Shown here one piece after another: positions 9,822-19,509 of a DNA stretch of 64,000 nt. Origin of the DNA: Candidatus Phycocordibacter aenigmaticus (GTDB lineage: Bacteria > Patescibacteriota > Minisyncoccia > Phycocordibacterales > Phycocordibacteraceae); assembly GCA_045401115.1 (NCBI GenBank), contig CP174359.1, positions 213,691-277,690 of the forward strand, read 5' to 3'. Positions within the stretch are counted from its first letter, which is position 1. Each line of letters begins with the position of its first letter. The notes beneath the pieces are model-generated. The model did not search any database, was not told where the DNA came from, and saw nothing but the letters and a program-made list of their open reading frames with translations. The position numbers and the translations under genes are program-made.

Positions 9822-11042
9822 GTGAAAAAGTTTCGCGTTACAGCGCTCACCGGTGAAAAAGAAAAGTATACAGAAAGTATTGAAGCAGAAGACCGTTTTG
9901 CAGTGTATACAGTTATTCGTGACCGGGGAGATAAAGTCGTCTCATTACAGGAGGACGTCGGTATCACCGCGTTCCTTTCTTCTGATTTTATTGCTGAAGC
10001 ACTCCATTCAATTTCTGATGATGAGAAAGTAGTGCTCACACGTAACCTCGCTGCCATGCTTGAGGCAGGGCTTACCACCAGCCGCGCGCTTGGCGTGATG
10101 AGTAAGCAGACAAAAAACCCGCGTCTCAAATCTATTCTTGGCGATATTATTCTTGAAGTGCAGCATGGCGGTACACTCTCCAGCGGGTTCTCAAAATTTA
10201 AAACAGTGTTCTCTCCTTTGTTGATTTCTATGGTGCGTGCCGGTGAAGAGTCTGGAAAACTTTCAGAAAGTCTTCGTGTTGTTGCGACGCAAATGGACCA
10301 GTCGAATCGTTTGAAGAAAAAAATTCGCGGCGCACTCATGTATCCATCAATCGTACTTATTGCGATGGTGATTATTGGTATTCTTATGTTGATATACGTG
10401 GTTCCAACGTTGACACAAACGTTTAACGAACTTGGTGGTGAACTGCCAGCGACCACAAAAGCAGTCATTGCTGTAAGTGATTTTCTTGCTGCAAGTCCGC
10501 TTTTGTCACTTCTGATTTTATTAATCACTGGCTCAGGTATCGTTATGGGGCTTCGTACTAAGAAAGGAAAGTATGGCTTTGATTACGTCATGCTGCACTT
10601 ACCGGTGATAAAAGGATTAGTGATGGAAACAAATTCAGCGCGAACCACCCGTACGCTTTCGTCACTCCTTTCTTCTGGTGTTGATGTGGTGCGTTCAATC
10701 GCCATTACGCGCGATGTCATACAAAATAGTTTTTATGCAAAGGTGCTTTCTGAGGCAGAGGCTAAAGTGGTAGAAGGTGGATCGCTTTCAGAAATATTTC
10801 AAAAATATCCGAATTTATATCCACCACTTGTCTCTGAGATGTTTGCGGTAGGTGAAGAAACAGGACGACTTTCAAGTTTACTGCGAGAAACTGCTGAATT
10901 TTATGAGGATTCAGTACAGCAGCAAACGAAAGACCTTTCAACTATCATTGAACCGTTTCTCATGTTGATAATTGGAGCCGCTGTTGGCTTTTTTGCTATC
11001 TCAATGATTGCGCCAATTTATTCACTCTCATCTGCAATTTAA
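9822..11042 (+). CDS. pilC: type IV pilus assembly platform protein PilC/GspF, GTG start
   Basis: 406 aa with two GspF repeats and three TM segments, typical of T2SS_F. Confidence 0.85.
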   Translation: MKKFRVTALTGEKEKYTESIEAEDRFAVYTVIRDRGDKVVSLQEDVGITAFLSSDFIAEALHSISDDEKVVLTRNLAAMLEAGLTTSRALGVMSKQTKNPRLKSILGDIILEVQHGGTLSSGFSKFKTVFSPLLISMVRAGEESGKLSESLRVVATQMDQSNRLKKKIRGALMYPSIVLIAMVIIGILMLIYVVPTLTQTFNELGGELPATTKAVIAVSDFLAASPLLSLLILLITGSGIVMGLRTKKGKYGFDYVMLHLPVIKGLVMETNSARTTRTLSSLLSSGVDVVRSIAITRDVIQNSFYAKVLSEAEAKVVEGGSLSEIFQKYPNLYPPLVSEMFAVGEETGRLSSLLRETAEFYEDSVQQQTKDLSTIIEPFLMLIIGAAVGFFAISMIAPIYSLSSAI

Positions 11043-11044
11043 AA

Positions 11045-12775
11045 ATGCCCCAGTATTATCGTTACACTCGTGGTCTCAGTCTCATCGATGTAGTGGTTGG
11101 TGTTGCAATTATGACGGTGGTATTTCTTGCTATTTTCGGTGCGTTTCGTATTTCAATCGAATTGGTTTTTTCAATGAAAGCAAAAACAGGAGGTGTTGCG
11201 CTTATGACTGAACGGCTTGAACGAGTACGGGCTTTACCATACGGTTCAGTCGGCACTATCGGCGGCATTCCTCCTGGTGTGTTGGAACAAACTGAACAAA
11301 TTTCACTGAACAATATCCGATACACCATTCGCACGGTGGTGCAGTATGTAGATGCACCTGAAGATGGAGTTGGGTCTAATGATGTGAACAGTATCACTGC
11401 CGATTATAAAAAAGTGAAGGTCGAAGTGTTGTGGAACATTAAAGACTCACCGCGGTCAGTTGCCGCGGTCACACGGGTTGCACCGCCAGGTGTGGAAACA
11501 GCAGAGGACGGTGGCACTTTAGAGGTGCACGTGCGTAATGCTGCTATAGATCCATTACAGGGAGCGCAGGTTTCGATTGTGAACAACAACACTGATCCGG
11601 TTATTGATGTTTCCATACAAACAAATGATGCCGGTAGTATTACACTTCCTGGTGCACCGGCTTCAGGTGGATATGAAATTACGGTGACTAAAGACGATCA
11701 TTCAACAGCGCAAACATATAGCGCAAGCGTTGCCAACCCGAACCCGTCACCGGCACACATTGCGGTGGCATTAGAAGAAACCACGAGCATTAGTTTTTTT
11801 ATTGATCTACTTGGTTCACTTACCTTCAGCACATTCGAACCGATTACTACAGGTAGTTTTTCCGATACGTTTATTGATACAACAAAAATACTAGAAAATG
11901 CTTCCACGACTATCGCTGACGGCACGCTCATGCTCAGTGAAGCCACGGCCGGGGTATATGAAACAAGTGGTACCGCACAATCAGTGAGTATCGCGCCGGC
12001 ACTGCTCAATGAGTGGGGTGCTTTGGATTTTACACACCACACACCAACAGACACGGAAGTGGCTGTACAGGTTTATTATCATGATGGCACTGATTACGTT
12101 CCTATCGACAACACTGCTCTCCCTGGAAATGCAGCTGGTTTTTCCAATGGACCGGTTGACCTCACTTCGCTTAATACCGATATATACACTGTGTTGCGTC
12201 TTAATGCAGTATTGAATACAGCTGACACAGCGACTACTTCTGTAATTACTAACTGGTCGGTTACGTATACCCAAGGCCCGACTCCACTCCCAAATATCTC
12301 GTTTGATATTCACGGTTCTAAAACTATTGGTACTGATGGTGCTGATCCGGTATACAAATACAGTGATACGTTCACTACCAACGGACAAGGGGGGTGGGTT
12401 ATCGAGGATGTTGAGTGGGATAGCTACACGGCAGCAGTGACTGGTGCGTATGACATTGTTGAACGATGTCCGCACTCCATTGTTGTGTCACCGGGTGAAA
12501 ATCTTGAACCCTACTTTTACTTAGGTGCAAATACTGACCACTCGTTACGAGTCTACGTGAGTGACGGCGTCACCCCGATTAAAGACGCCACTATTTCAGT
12601 ATCGGCGGGTGTGGGTAGTAAAGAGAGCTCTAGTTGCGGGCAGGCATACTTTGGCGATCTCAACAATACACAGTACACCGTTACTATTGAGCATCCCGAT
12701 TTTGTAACACAAGAAGAAGTGATAACCGTGTTTGATGATGCACTTCTTGAAGTCGGATTGAGTTCACAACCGTAA
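11045..12775 (+). CDS. large prepilin-like (minor pilin/pseudopilin) protein
   Basis: 576 aa. The N-terminus RGLSLIDVVVGVAIMTV resembles the class III signal G|FTLIE with Asp at +5, followed by a TM helix and beta-rich T/S/N-rich domains. Confidence 0.6.
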   Translation: MPQYYRYTRGLSLIDVVVGVAIMTVVFLAIFGAFRISIELVFSMKAKTGGVALMTERLERVRALPYGSVGTIGGIPPGVLEQTEQISLNNIRYTIRTVVQYVDAPEDGVGSNDVNSITADYKKVKVEVLWNIKDSPRSVAAVTRVAPPGVETAEDGGTLEVHVRNAAIDPLQGAQVSIVNNNTDPVIDVSIQTNDAGSITLPGAPASGGYEITVTKDDHSTAQTYSASVANPNPSPAHIAVALEETTSISFFIDLLGSLTFSTFEPITTGSFSDTFIDTTKILENASTTIADGTLMLSEATAGVYETSGTAQSVSIAPALLNEWGALDFTHHTPTDTEVAVQVYYHDGTDYVPIDNTALPGNAAGFSNGPVDLTSLNTDIYTVLRLNAVLNTADTATTSVITNWSVTYTQGPTPLPNISFDIHGSKTIGTDGADPVYKYSDTFTTNGQGGWVIEDVEWDSYTAAVTGAYDIVERCPHSIVVSPGENLEPYFYLGANTDHSLRVYVSDGVTPIKDATISVSAGVGSKESSSCGQAYFGDLNNTQYTVTIEHPDFVTQEEVITVFDDALLEVGLSSQP

Positions 12776-12778
12776 TAT

Positions 12779-13417
12779 ATGAAAAATATACATAACGCCA
12801 CAACACATTATTTCATCACGCAGCAGTATCGTCTGTATCGGCGCGGATTAACATTGATTGAAGCGTTGGTGTGGATGAGTATTTTTTCAATTATCATGAG
12901 TGCCATCATTGGTTCGGTTATTTTCTTTTACCGTGCAAACACATCATCGCTTGAGCAAGGCTATCAAATTGAAAGTGCACGACGCGGTACCATCTCGTTA
13001 GTGCGTGACCTACGACAAGCATCATATGGTGACAACGGTGCATACCCACTTGCGCAGATTGCTTCGACATCATTAATGTTCTATTCCGACACAGATAAGG
13101 ATGATGTTATTGAACGCATCCGTTACACGTTGGATGAGAGTAATCTGTACCGGCATGTGCTTGATTCATCAGGTAATCCGCCGCGTTACACTGAAGCAGG
13201 AGCAACTACAACAGTATCGTCGCATGTACGAAACCTGGAAAGCGGGAAAGCAGTGTTTCAATATTACGATGCCGAAGGAAACGAAGTGACCGATTATACT
13301 GAGGTCGCTGAAGTACGTTCCATTGTTATTTCGTTGGTAGTAAATATCTTACCAATTCGAGCTCCTGAGGAATTCACGCTTCAATCGAGTGCCACACTCC
13401 GTAATTTACGCAAATAA
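12779..13417 (+). CDS. prepilin-type N-terminal cleavage/methylation domain protein (PilW/GspJ-like)
   Basis: N-terminus RRGLTLIEALVWMSIFSII is a canonical type IV prepilin signal with Glu+5. Confidence 0.75.
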   Translation: MKNIHNATTHYFITQQYRLYRRGLTLIEALVWMSIFSIIMSAIIGSVIFFYRANTSSLEQGYQIESARRGTISLVRDLRQASYGDNGAYPLAQIASTSLMFYSDTDKDDVIERIRYTLDESNLYRHVLDSSGNPPRYTEAGATTTVSSHVRNLESGKAVFQYYDAEGNEVTDYTEVAEVRSIVISLVVNILPIRAPEEFTLQSSATLRNLRK

Positions 13418-14885
13418 TATGTATCACACACGTCATCGCATGCATTCCAAAACGCCGTTACACACGCACGTTACTGGTGGGTACTTCGTAGTATTGGTGC
13501 TGGTGTTTTCCGCAGTATTTTTTACATTAATTTCAGCCCTCTCTGGTTATATCTTTGTACAGAAACGCGCACAACTTGCACAAGAGAATAATGAAAAAGC
13601 GTTGCATATTGCTGAAGCGGGATTGGAATATTATCGGTGGTTCTTGGCACATTTCCCGGGTGATCTACAAAACGCTACTGGCAATGAAGGGCCGTATGAA
13701 CATTCAGTGACTGACCCAGAAGGGGGAGTGCTCGGTACGTTCTCTCTCGATATTGAGGGCGAAGTATCCTGCGGCGCTTCATCAGGTATCGTTATTGAAT
13801 CAACTGGGTGGACGAAAGCATCGCCAACACACACGCGTACCGTGCGTGCGCGGTACACACAGCCAGTGGTTGCGGAATTTTCGTATATTGTGGACTCAAA
13901 TGTATGGGCGGGGGATGATCGTATTATCAATGGACCCTATCACGCCAATGGAGGTATTCGTATGGATGCGACACATAATTCACCGGTGACCAGTGGACAA
14001 GAAACATGGACCTGTTATGCCGGTGACTTTGGTTGTGGTTCCACACAAACAAAAGACGGAGTGTTCGGTGATGGTTCAAACCCTGAGTTATGGGATTTTC
14101 CCGTGCCACTTGTTGATTTTGAAGGTATTACTGTTGACATGGATGTTCTCGAAGACTACGCTCGACATGAAGGAGGGGTGTACTACGGACAAGCTGGCGG
14201 ACAATCAAACCGCCGCGGTTACCACGTGACCTTTAATGGTGATGACACTGCCACTATTAGACGCGTCACCAATACAACACCGGTATATAGTTACAATAGC
14301 GCTGATGGGTGGGGCTATGAATACAACATTATAAAAAACGAACAGTTCCTTGAAACGATCACCATTCCCGAATCATGTCCCGTGCTTTTCTTTAAAGACC
14401 GTGTATGGGTCGATGGTGTCGTATCAGGCAAGGTGGTTCTCGTTGCTGCAAACTTACAGTCTCCACAGTATGATGTTGATGTTATTTTAAACGGTAATCT
14501 TACGTATGCCACTGGTAGTATCAATGACGGAATTACTGTCATTGCCGAAGAGAATGTACTCGTTGGGCTGACCACCCCAGATGTGATGAGTATCCGCGGT
14601 GTCTTTATTGCGCAAGAAGGACGTTTTGGTCGTAACCACTACTCGACAAGTTATCTATCAAGTTCACTCGATCCGTATGTAACTCGTTCCACACTTAACA
14701 CTACCGGTACTGTTGTTTCCCGCGACCGTGTCGGTACCAAATGGGTATACTCAGATGGTTCGTTTGCGTCCGGTTATAGTCAACGGAATGATTCATATGA
14801 CTCAGGGCTTGCTGCGAATCCTCCTCCATTCACACCTTCTATCTCAAATAGTTATAAACTTCGCCTCTGGGAAGAAGTTGAGTAG
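13389..14885 (+). CDS. PilX-like minor pilin candidate (the start may be the downstream Met at 13419)
   Basis: 498 aa with an N-terminal hydrophobic helix followed by EKALHIAEAGLEYY, which resembles the PilX N-terminal motif. It is the last gene of the pilus operon. Confidence 0.5.
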   Translation: MPHSVIYANNMYHTRHRMHSKTPLHTHVTGGYFVVLVLVFSAVFFTLISALSGYIFVQKRAQLAQENNEKALHIAEAGLEYYRWFLAHFPGDLQNATGNEGPYEHSVTDPEGGVLGTFSLDIEGEVSCGASSGIVIESTGWTKASPTHTRTVRARYTQPVVAEFSYIVDSNVWAGDDRIINGPYHANGGIRMDATHNSPVTSGQETWTCYAGDFGCGSTQTKDGVFGDGSNPELWDFPVPLVDFEGITVDMDVLEDYARHEGGVYYGQAGGQSNRRGYHVTFNGDDTATIRRVTNTTPVYSYNSADGWGYEYNIIKNEQFLETITIPESCPVLFFKDRVWVDGVVSGKVVLVAANLQSPQYDVDVILNGNLTYATGSINDGITVIAEENVLVGLTTPDVMSIRGVFIAQEGRFGRNHYSTSYLSSSLDPYVTRSTLNTTGTVVSRDRVGTKWVYSDGSFASGYSQRNDSYDSGLAANPPPFTPSISNSYKLRLWEEVE

Positions 14886-15065
14886 TGTTTCCAAAAAGAG
14901 TGAATTTCTTCGTTGTCTTCAGTATTTTTCCGGTTCACCGTATCTAGCAGTACGGCTCACCATAAAAAAACCTCGACGCCTCGAACTTCATCTCTTTTTG
15001 AAACCCTTTGGAGTGCTCTTACTGCTCCTTGCATCGGTGCCTTTTTTATTTGGTACCATGGGTGC

Positions 15066-15820
15066 ATGGCAAAACCACTTATCATTGGCAATTGGAAATC
15101 ATACGTTAACTCTTTTAAAGAAGGTAAAGAACTAATGAAAGGGATTGAGAAGAAGCTCCCCGTACTCTTAAGACATATATTGTACTGTGCCCTTCGTTTC
15201 CCTTACTTGACGCACTGTCGCGTCCATACCGTGGAACACGTATACACTTCGGTGCGCAAGATATGTTTTATGAAGATGGTGCACATACCGGCGAAGTGTC
15301 ACCGCGTATGGTAAAAGATACAAAAGCAAAATATGTCATTGTCGGGCACGCAGAACGACGTGCTCTTGGTGAAACAGACGAAGTGGTTGCACGTAAGGTT
15401 GGCGCCGCACTTGATGTAAAGCTCACGCCTATTGTGGCGGTTGGTGAAACAGAGCGTGATAAAGACGGACGTTATTTTGATGAGCTTCGTACCAGTGTTC
15501 TTGATTCATTAGCACTTGTTGACGAAAAAACACTTAAAAAAATTGTTATTGCATATGAACCGGTGTGGGCTATTGGTGCATCACTTGCTCCGGATGCGCG
15601 AGTTATCCGTGAAACCATTATTTTTATTCGCAAAGTTTTAGCTGAGCGTTTTGACCGGAAAGAGGCACTGAAGGCTCGTATTATTTATGGCGGTGCGGTG
15701 ACACCTGAAACGGCACCTGAACTTATTACCGATAGTGGAGCAAATGGTTTTTTACTTGGTCGCGCGGCTGTTGATGCGGAGCAGTTTATAGCAGTAGTGA
15801 ACGCGTATCACGCGAAATAA
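15066..15820 (+). pseudogene. tpiA: triosephosphate isomerase with an apparent -1 frameshift near the C4 run at 15158-15161
   Basis: The N-terminal TIM signature MAKPLIIGNWK reads in one frame (15066 to the stop at 15312). The rest (VLCPSFPLLDALS...HFGAQDM...VGHAERR...AYEPVWAIGAS...YGGAV) reads in the -1 frame from about 15149 to 15820. Confidence 0.75.
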
Positions 15821-15825
15821 TATCT

Positions 15826-16965
15826 ATGCGCGTCTTTGACTTTAATCGTGACCTTACTGATACTCGAGTGGTGCTGCGCGCGTCACTTAACGTACCTGTT
15901 TCTGCAGGCGAGGTAGGAGACACATTTCGTATACATGAGACATTAAAAACAATTGAAATGCTTGCCGAACGTGGCGCACGTACGGTAATGCTGGCACACA
16001 TTGGTCGTGACCCAGAGACATCATTGCGTTCGGTGTGGGAGGAGCTGAAAAAACATACGAAGCGTACGATTCATTTTATACCGCAGGTTGTAGGGGAGGA
16101 GGTGGATGAAGCGATACAGACACTCGCTGCTGGTGAAGTGTTGTTACTTGAAAATGTACGAAGTATCCCTGGTGAAAAGGAGAATGATCCGGCAGTGGCT
16201 AAACAGCTTGCCACCTACGGTGAGGTGTTTATTAATGATGCGTTTGCCGACTCACATCGCGCGCACGCATCTATTGTTGGTATCCCACAATATGTACCGA
16301 GCTTTATTGGCCCGCAATTTATTCGTGAATACGAACATATAATGCCGGCGCGTACACCACTAAGTCCTTCGTTAGCGATTGTTGGTGGAGCAAAATTTGA
16401 AACAAAAGTACCGCTTGTACGGTATCTTCTCGATGCATATGACCATGTCTATATCGCCGGGGCGCTCGCTAATGATTTTTTTGCCGCACAAGGATACGCT
16501 GTCGGTGACTCATTAGTGTCCGGGGCACAGTATGCTCAAGAATTTCTCGGCCATAAAAAAATACTACTCCCGAGTGATGTAGTGGTTACAAACGGGAAAG
16601 AGTCACGAGTATGCGCACTTACTGATGTACACACTGATGAGCGTATTATTGATGTCGGTCCGACAAGTAGTGCTGATCTCGCGCCCTATATAGATTCTGC
16701 TGCGTTCATAGTATGGAATGGTCCCCTTGGTAATGTTGAAGCAGGTTTTGGTGATGCAACAAAAGCAGTCGCGCAGTACATTGCAAAAGCGTCTGGCACT
16801 TCAGTTGTCGGCGGCGGCGACACCGCAGCAGCAATTCGTGATCTCGAACTTTTTGACCAGTTTTCTTTTGTTTCAACCGCAGGCGGTGCCATGCTTGAAT
16901 TAGTGGCTCGCGGTACTCTTGTTGGTCTTGAAGCAGTTAATCAGTCTGGCCCAATGCCTCTTTAA
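15826..16965 (+). CDS. pgk: phosphoglycerate kinase
   Basis: 379 aa with PGK motifs RASLNVP, LLENVR, NDAFADSHRAHAS and GGGD. Confidence 0.9.
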   Translation: MRVFDFNRDLTDTRVVLRASLNVPVSAGEVGDTFRIHETLKTIEMLAERGARTVMLAHIGRDPETSLRSVWEELKKHTKRTIHFIPQVVGEEVDEAIQTLAAGEVLLLENVRSIPGEKENDPAVAKQLATYGEVFINDAFADSHRAHASIVGIPQYVPSFIGPQFIREYEHIMPARTPLSPSLAIVGGAKFETKVPLVRYLLDAYDHVYIAGALANDFFAAQGYAVGDSLVSGAQYAQEFLGHKKILLPSDVVVTNGKESRVCALTDVHTDERIIDVGPTSSADLAPYIDSAAFIVWNGPLGNVEAGFGDATKAVAQYIAKASGTSVVGGGDTAAAIRDLELFDQFSFVSTAGGAMLELVARGTLVGLEAVNQSGPMPL

Positions 16966-17317
16966 TGAGCGCTTGGTTTTCCTCAAACGCATTTTTATCT
17001 CCGGTCGCCTCGTTTGGATTAGGGAAGAGCCATACATGTGCATGTGCTACCTCTTCACCCATAATTTTAAGAAATACATTGTCGGTACCAAAAGTTCCAC
17101 GTAGTGCCTGAGCGAGTTGCTGGGCTCTCTTCATATATTCTGTATATTCATCAGTTGGCATGTCCCATACGAAACGGTAGTGTTTTTTTGGGATAATCTG
17201 AATATGGCCAGGCGATTCTGGATTAATATCCATAAATGCTTTGTAATCATTATCCTCATATACTGAGGAGCTTGGTACTGTACCTGCCGCGATATTACAA
17301 AAAATACAATCAGTCAT
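16937..17317 (-). CDS. HIT family hydrolase
   Basis: Starts MTDCIFCNI and carries the histidine triad AHAHVWLFP. The track ORF extends upstream to 17491, but the HIT-typical start is at 17317. Confidence 0.75.
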   Translation of the reverse strand: MTDCIFCNIAAGTVPSSSVYEDNDYKAFMDINPESPGHIQIIPKKHYRFVWDMPTDEYTEYMKRAQQLAQALRGTFGTDNVFLKIMGEEVAHAHVWLFPNPNEATGDKNAFEENQALIKEALGQTD

Positions 17318-17345
17318 ATAGGTATATGCTACCATCCTTCTATAC

Positions 17346-19025
17346 ATGTCCGACCAGCACCCGCTTATCTCACTTCTTCTCGGTAGGCGTAATATCCCCG
17401 AGAACGAACATGAACAATTTTTATCTCCAGCGTATACGGATCGTCCTGATCCGTTTTTAATGAAAGATATGTCTGTAGCGGTTGCGCGCATCGCTGAGGT
17501 AATTGAAAAAGGAGAAGCTATTGCCGCGTGGACCGACTACGATTGTGATGGTATTCCTGCTGGGGCACTTCTGGCTGATGTGTTTGCTGCACTCGAATAT
17601 CCTCTGCGTTCATATATCCCTGACAGAAGTGAGGGATACGGACTTAATACCGAAGGTATTCAAAAATTAAAAGACGAAGGTATCTCACTTATCATTACTG
17701 CAGATGTGGGTATTACTAATGTCGCGGAGGTTGCATATGCCCAAACGCAGGGCATTGATGTCATTGTTACTGACCATCACTTACCGCAAGAAAAACTCCC
17801 ACCCGCTGTTGCTGTTTTGAATCCTCACCGCACTGACTGCGCGTATCCATATAAAGAATTATGCGGCACCGGAGTTGCTTTTAAATTAACCGAAGCACTT
17901 TTCACACATCTTCGTGAGAAGAGAGATGTGCCGAACGCGTGCGGCATAGGACAAGAGAAGTGGCTCCTCGATTTAGTAGCACTTGCAACAGTTGCTGACA
18001 TGGTGCCATTAACAGGAGAAAACAGAACATTAGTGCAGTATGGATTACTGGTGTTAAAGAAGGGGAGGCGAAAAGGACTTCGTGCATTATTGGAACGCAT
18101 GCGTATTCCGCTCACGCACGTAACGGAAGATGACTTCTCATTTTCTATCGCACCAAAAATAAATGCGGCAAGTCGCATGGCGTCACCTTTATTAGGACTT
18201 GAACTACTGACCACGAATGACGAAGTGCGCGCCACAGAACTTGCGAAAGCGTTAATCAAATTAAACGACGGAAGAAAACTAGAAGGCGCGCGTGTTGCCA
18301 AAGAAGTCAAACGTCGAGTTGAAGGCGCTCCACTTGAATCAGTAGTGGTCTTAGGACACTCAAGTTGGAAGCCGGCATTGCTTGGTATTGCAGCAACCAA
18401 TATTGTTGAAACATATGGACGCACGACTTGTTTATGGGGGAAAGAGGGCGATTTAATAAAAGGTTCATGTCGATCAGATGGGTCAGTAAACATCGTGTCG
18501 TTGCTTGGACACTGCAACGATGTATTCGAAGACTTCGGCGGGCATGAAGCGTCGGGTGGTTTTTCTTTAACACAGGAGGCAATTCATGCATTACCTGAGA
18601 TACTGCAAAAAGCGTACACGGCTGTGGCGTCACAAGAAGAAAAAAAAGAATCTACAGTAGTTGCCGACACAACGCTTTCACTGTCTGAAGTGTCTGTACG
18701 TACGTACCGCGCGCTTCGCGCGCTCGCACCGTTTGGTGTTGGTAATGTAAAACCAGTATTTGAAATTACTAATGTACGAGTTGAAAAGATGCAGTGGTTT
18801 GGAAAAAGCAAAGAACATGTACGCCTCACGCTGAGCGATATGCAGGGGACGACGCGTGATGCAATTGGTTTCTTTGCAAACCGTGCATCATTTCGCCACA
18901 CGCTTGAGTTACTTTCAGATGGTGACATTGTGACGGTGTACGCTGCAGTAGAACAATCATTCTTTGCTGGTAGAAACGAACTCCGTCTCCGTCTTGAATC
19001 TATTACTCTCAAAACCGAACGATAA
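17346..19025 (+). CDS. recJ: single-stranded-DNA-specific exonuclease RecJ
   Basis: 559 aa with DHH motifs DYDCDG, ITADVGI, TDHH and a DHHA1 region (GGHEASGG). Confidence 0.85.
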   Translation: MSDQHPLISLLLGRRNIPENEHEQFLSPAYTDRPDPFLMKDMSVAVARIAEVIEKGEAIAAWTDYDCDGIPAGALLADVFAALEYPLRSYIPDRSEGYGLNTEGIQKLKDEGISLIITADVGITNVAEVAYAQTQGIDVIVTDHHLPQEKLPPAVAVLNPHRTDCAYPYKELCGTGVAFKLTEALFTHLREKRDVPNACGIGQEKWLLDLVALATVADMVPLTGENRTLVQYGLLVLKKGRRKGLRALLERMRIPLTHVTEDDFSFSIAPKINAASRMASPLLGLELLTTNDEVRATELAKALIKLNDGRKLEGARVAKEVKRRVEGAPLESVVVLGHSSWKPALLGIAATNIVETYGRTTCLWGKEGDLIKGSCRSDGSVNIVSLLGHCNDVFEDFGGHEASGGFSLTQEAIHALPEILQKAYTAVASQEEKKESTVVADTTLSLSEVSVRTYRALRALAPFGVGNVKPVFEITNVRVEKMQWFGKSKEHVRLTLSDMQGTTRDAIGFFANRASFRHTLELLSDGDIVTVYAAVEQSFFAGRNELRLRLESITLKTER

Positions 19026-19062
19026 ATCACGCGGTTTTTCAGGGGATGATAGAATTGGACGC

Positions 19063-19473
19063 ATGACTATTACTATTTATACTGACGGCGGCGCACGTGG
19101 TAATCCTGGCCCTGCCGGTGCGGGTGCGGTTATTTATCAAGAAGAAAAAGAAGTGGCTACGGTTTCAGAATTTTTAGGGGTTCAAACAAATAACTGGGCT
19201 GAATACGAAGCATTAATTCGCGCACTTGAGGTCGCACGAGAAACGCTCGGTGATCCTCTGCCGCATGTGCGTGTTTATTTAGATTCAGAGTTGATCGTTA
19301 AACAACTTTCAGGTGAATATCGCGTTAAAGATGCTGCACTTAAAAAACAGTATGCACGTGTTATTGGTCTCGTGGAGGAGTCATTTCCTACGGTAAGTTT
19401 TACACATGTGCGCCGTGAAAAAAATACTCGCGCTGACGAACTTGCCAACCAAGCAATGGATGCACATACGTAA
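19063..19473 (+). CDS. rnhA: ribonuclease HI
   Basis: Starts MTITIYTDGGARGNPGPAG with the DEDD catalytic residues in RNase H-like spacing. The internal ATG at 19063 is preferred over the track start at 18964. Confidence 0.8.
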   Translation: MTITIYTDGGARGNPGPAGAGAVIYQEEKEVATVSEFLGVQTNNWAEYEALIRALEVARETLGDPLPHVRVYLDSELIVKQLSGEYRVKDAALKKQYARVIGLVEESFPTVSFTHVRREKNTRADELANQAMDAHT

Positions 19474-19509
19474 GGTTTCACGTTATTAAAAAATCGCTAC
19501 ACTGAAAAA

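Noticed and set aside
9791-10528. 245-aa minus-strand ORF
   Set aside because: It lies entirely antisense to pilC, which has strong family motifs. It is a low-complexity S/T/I-rich translation with no motifs, so it is taken as a spurious shadow ORF.
14713-15314. Track ORFs 14713-15135 and 14913-15314 as independent genes
   Set aside because: The first has no motifs and overlaps the pilus-operon 3' region. The second is the N-terminal frame of the frameshifted tpiA, and only its last ~80 codons (from 15066) are TIM-like.
17825-19030. Minus-strand ORFs of 230, 108 and 148 aa inside recJ
   Set aside because: They are antisense to a gene with clear DHH/DHHA1 motifs. Their S/A/P-rich composition is typical of reverse-frame artefacts.
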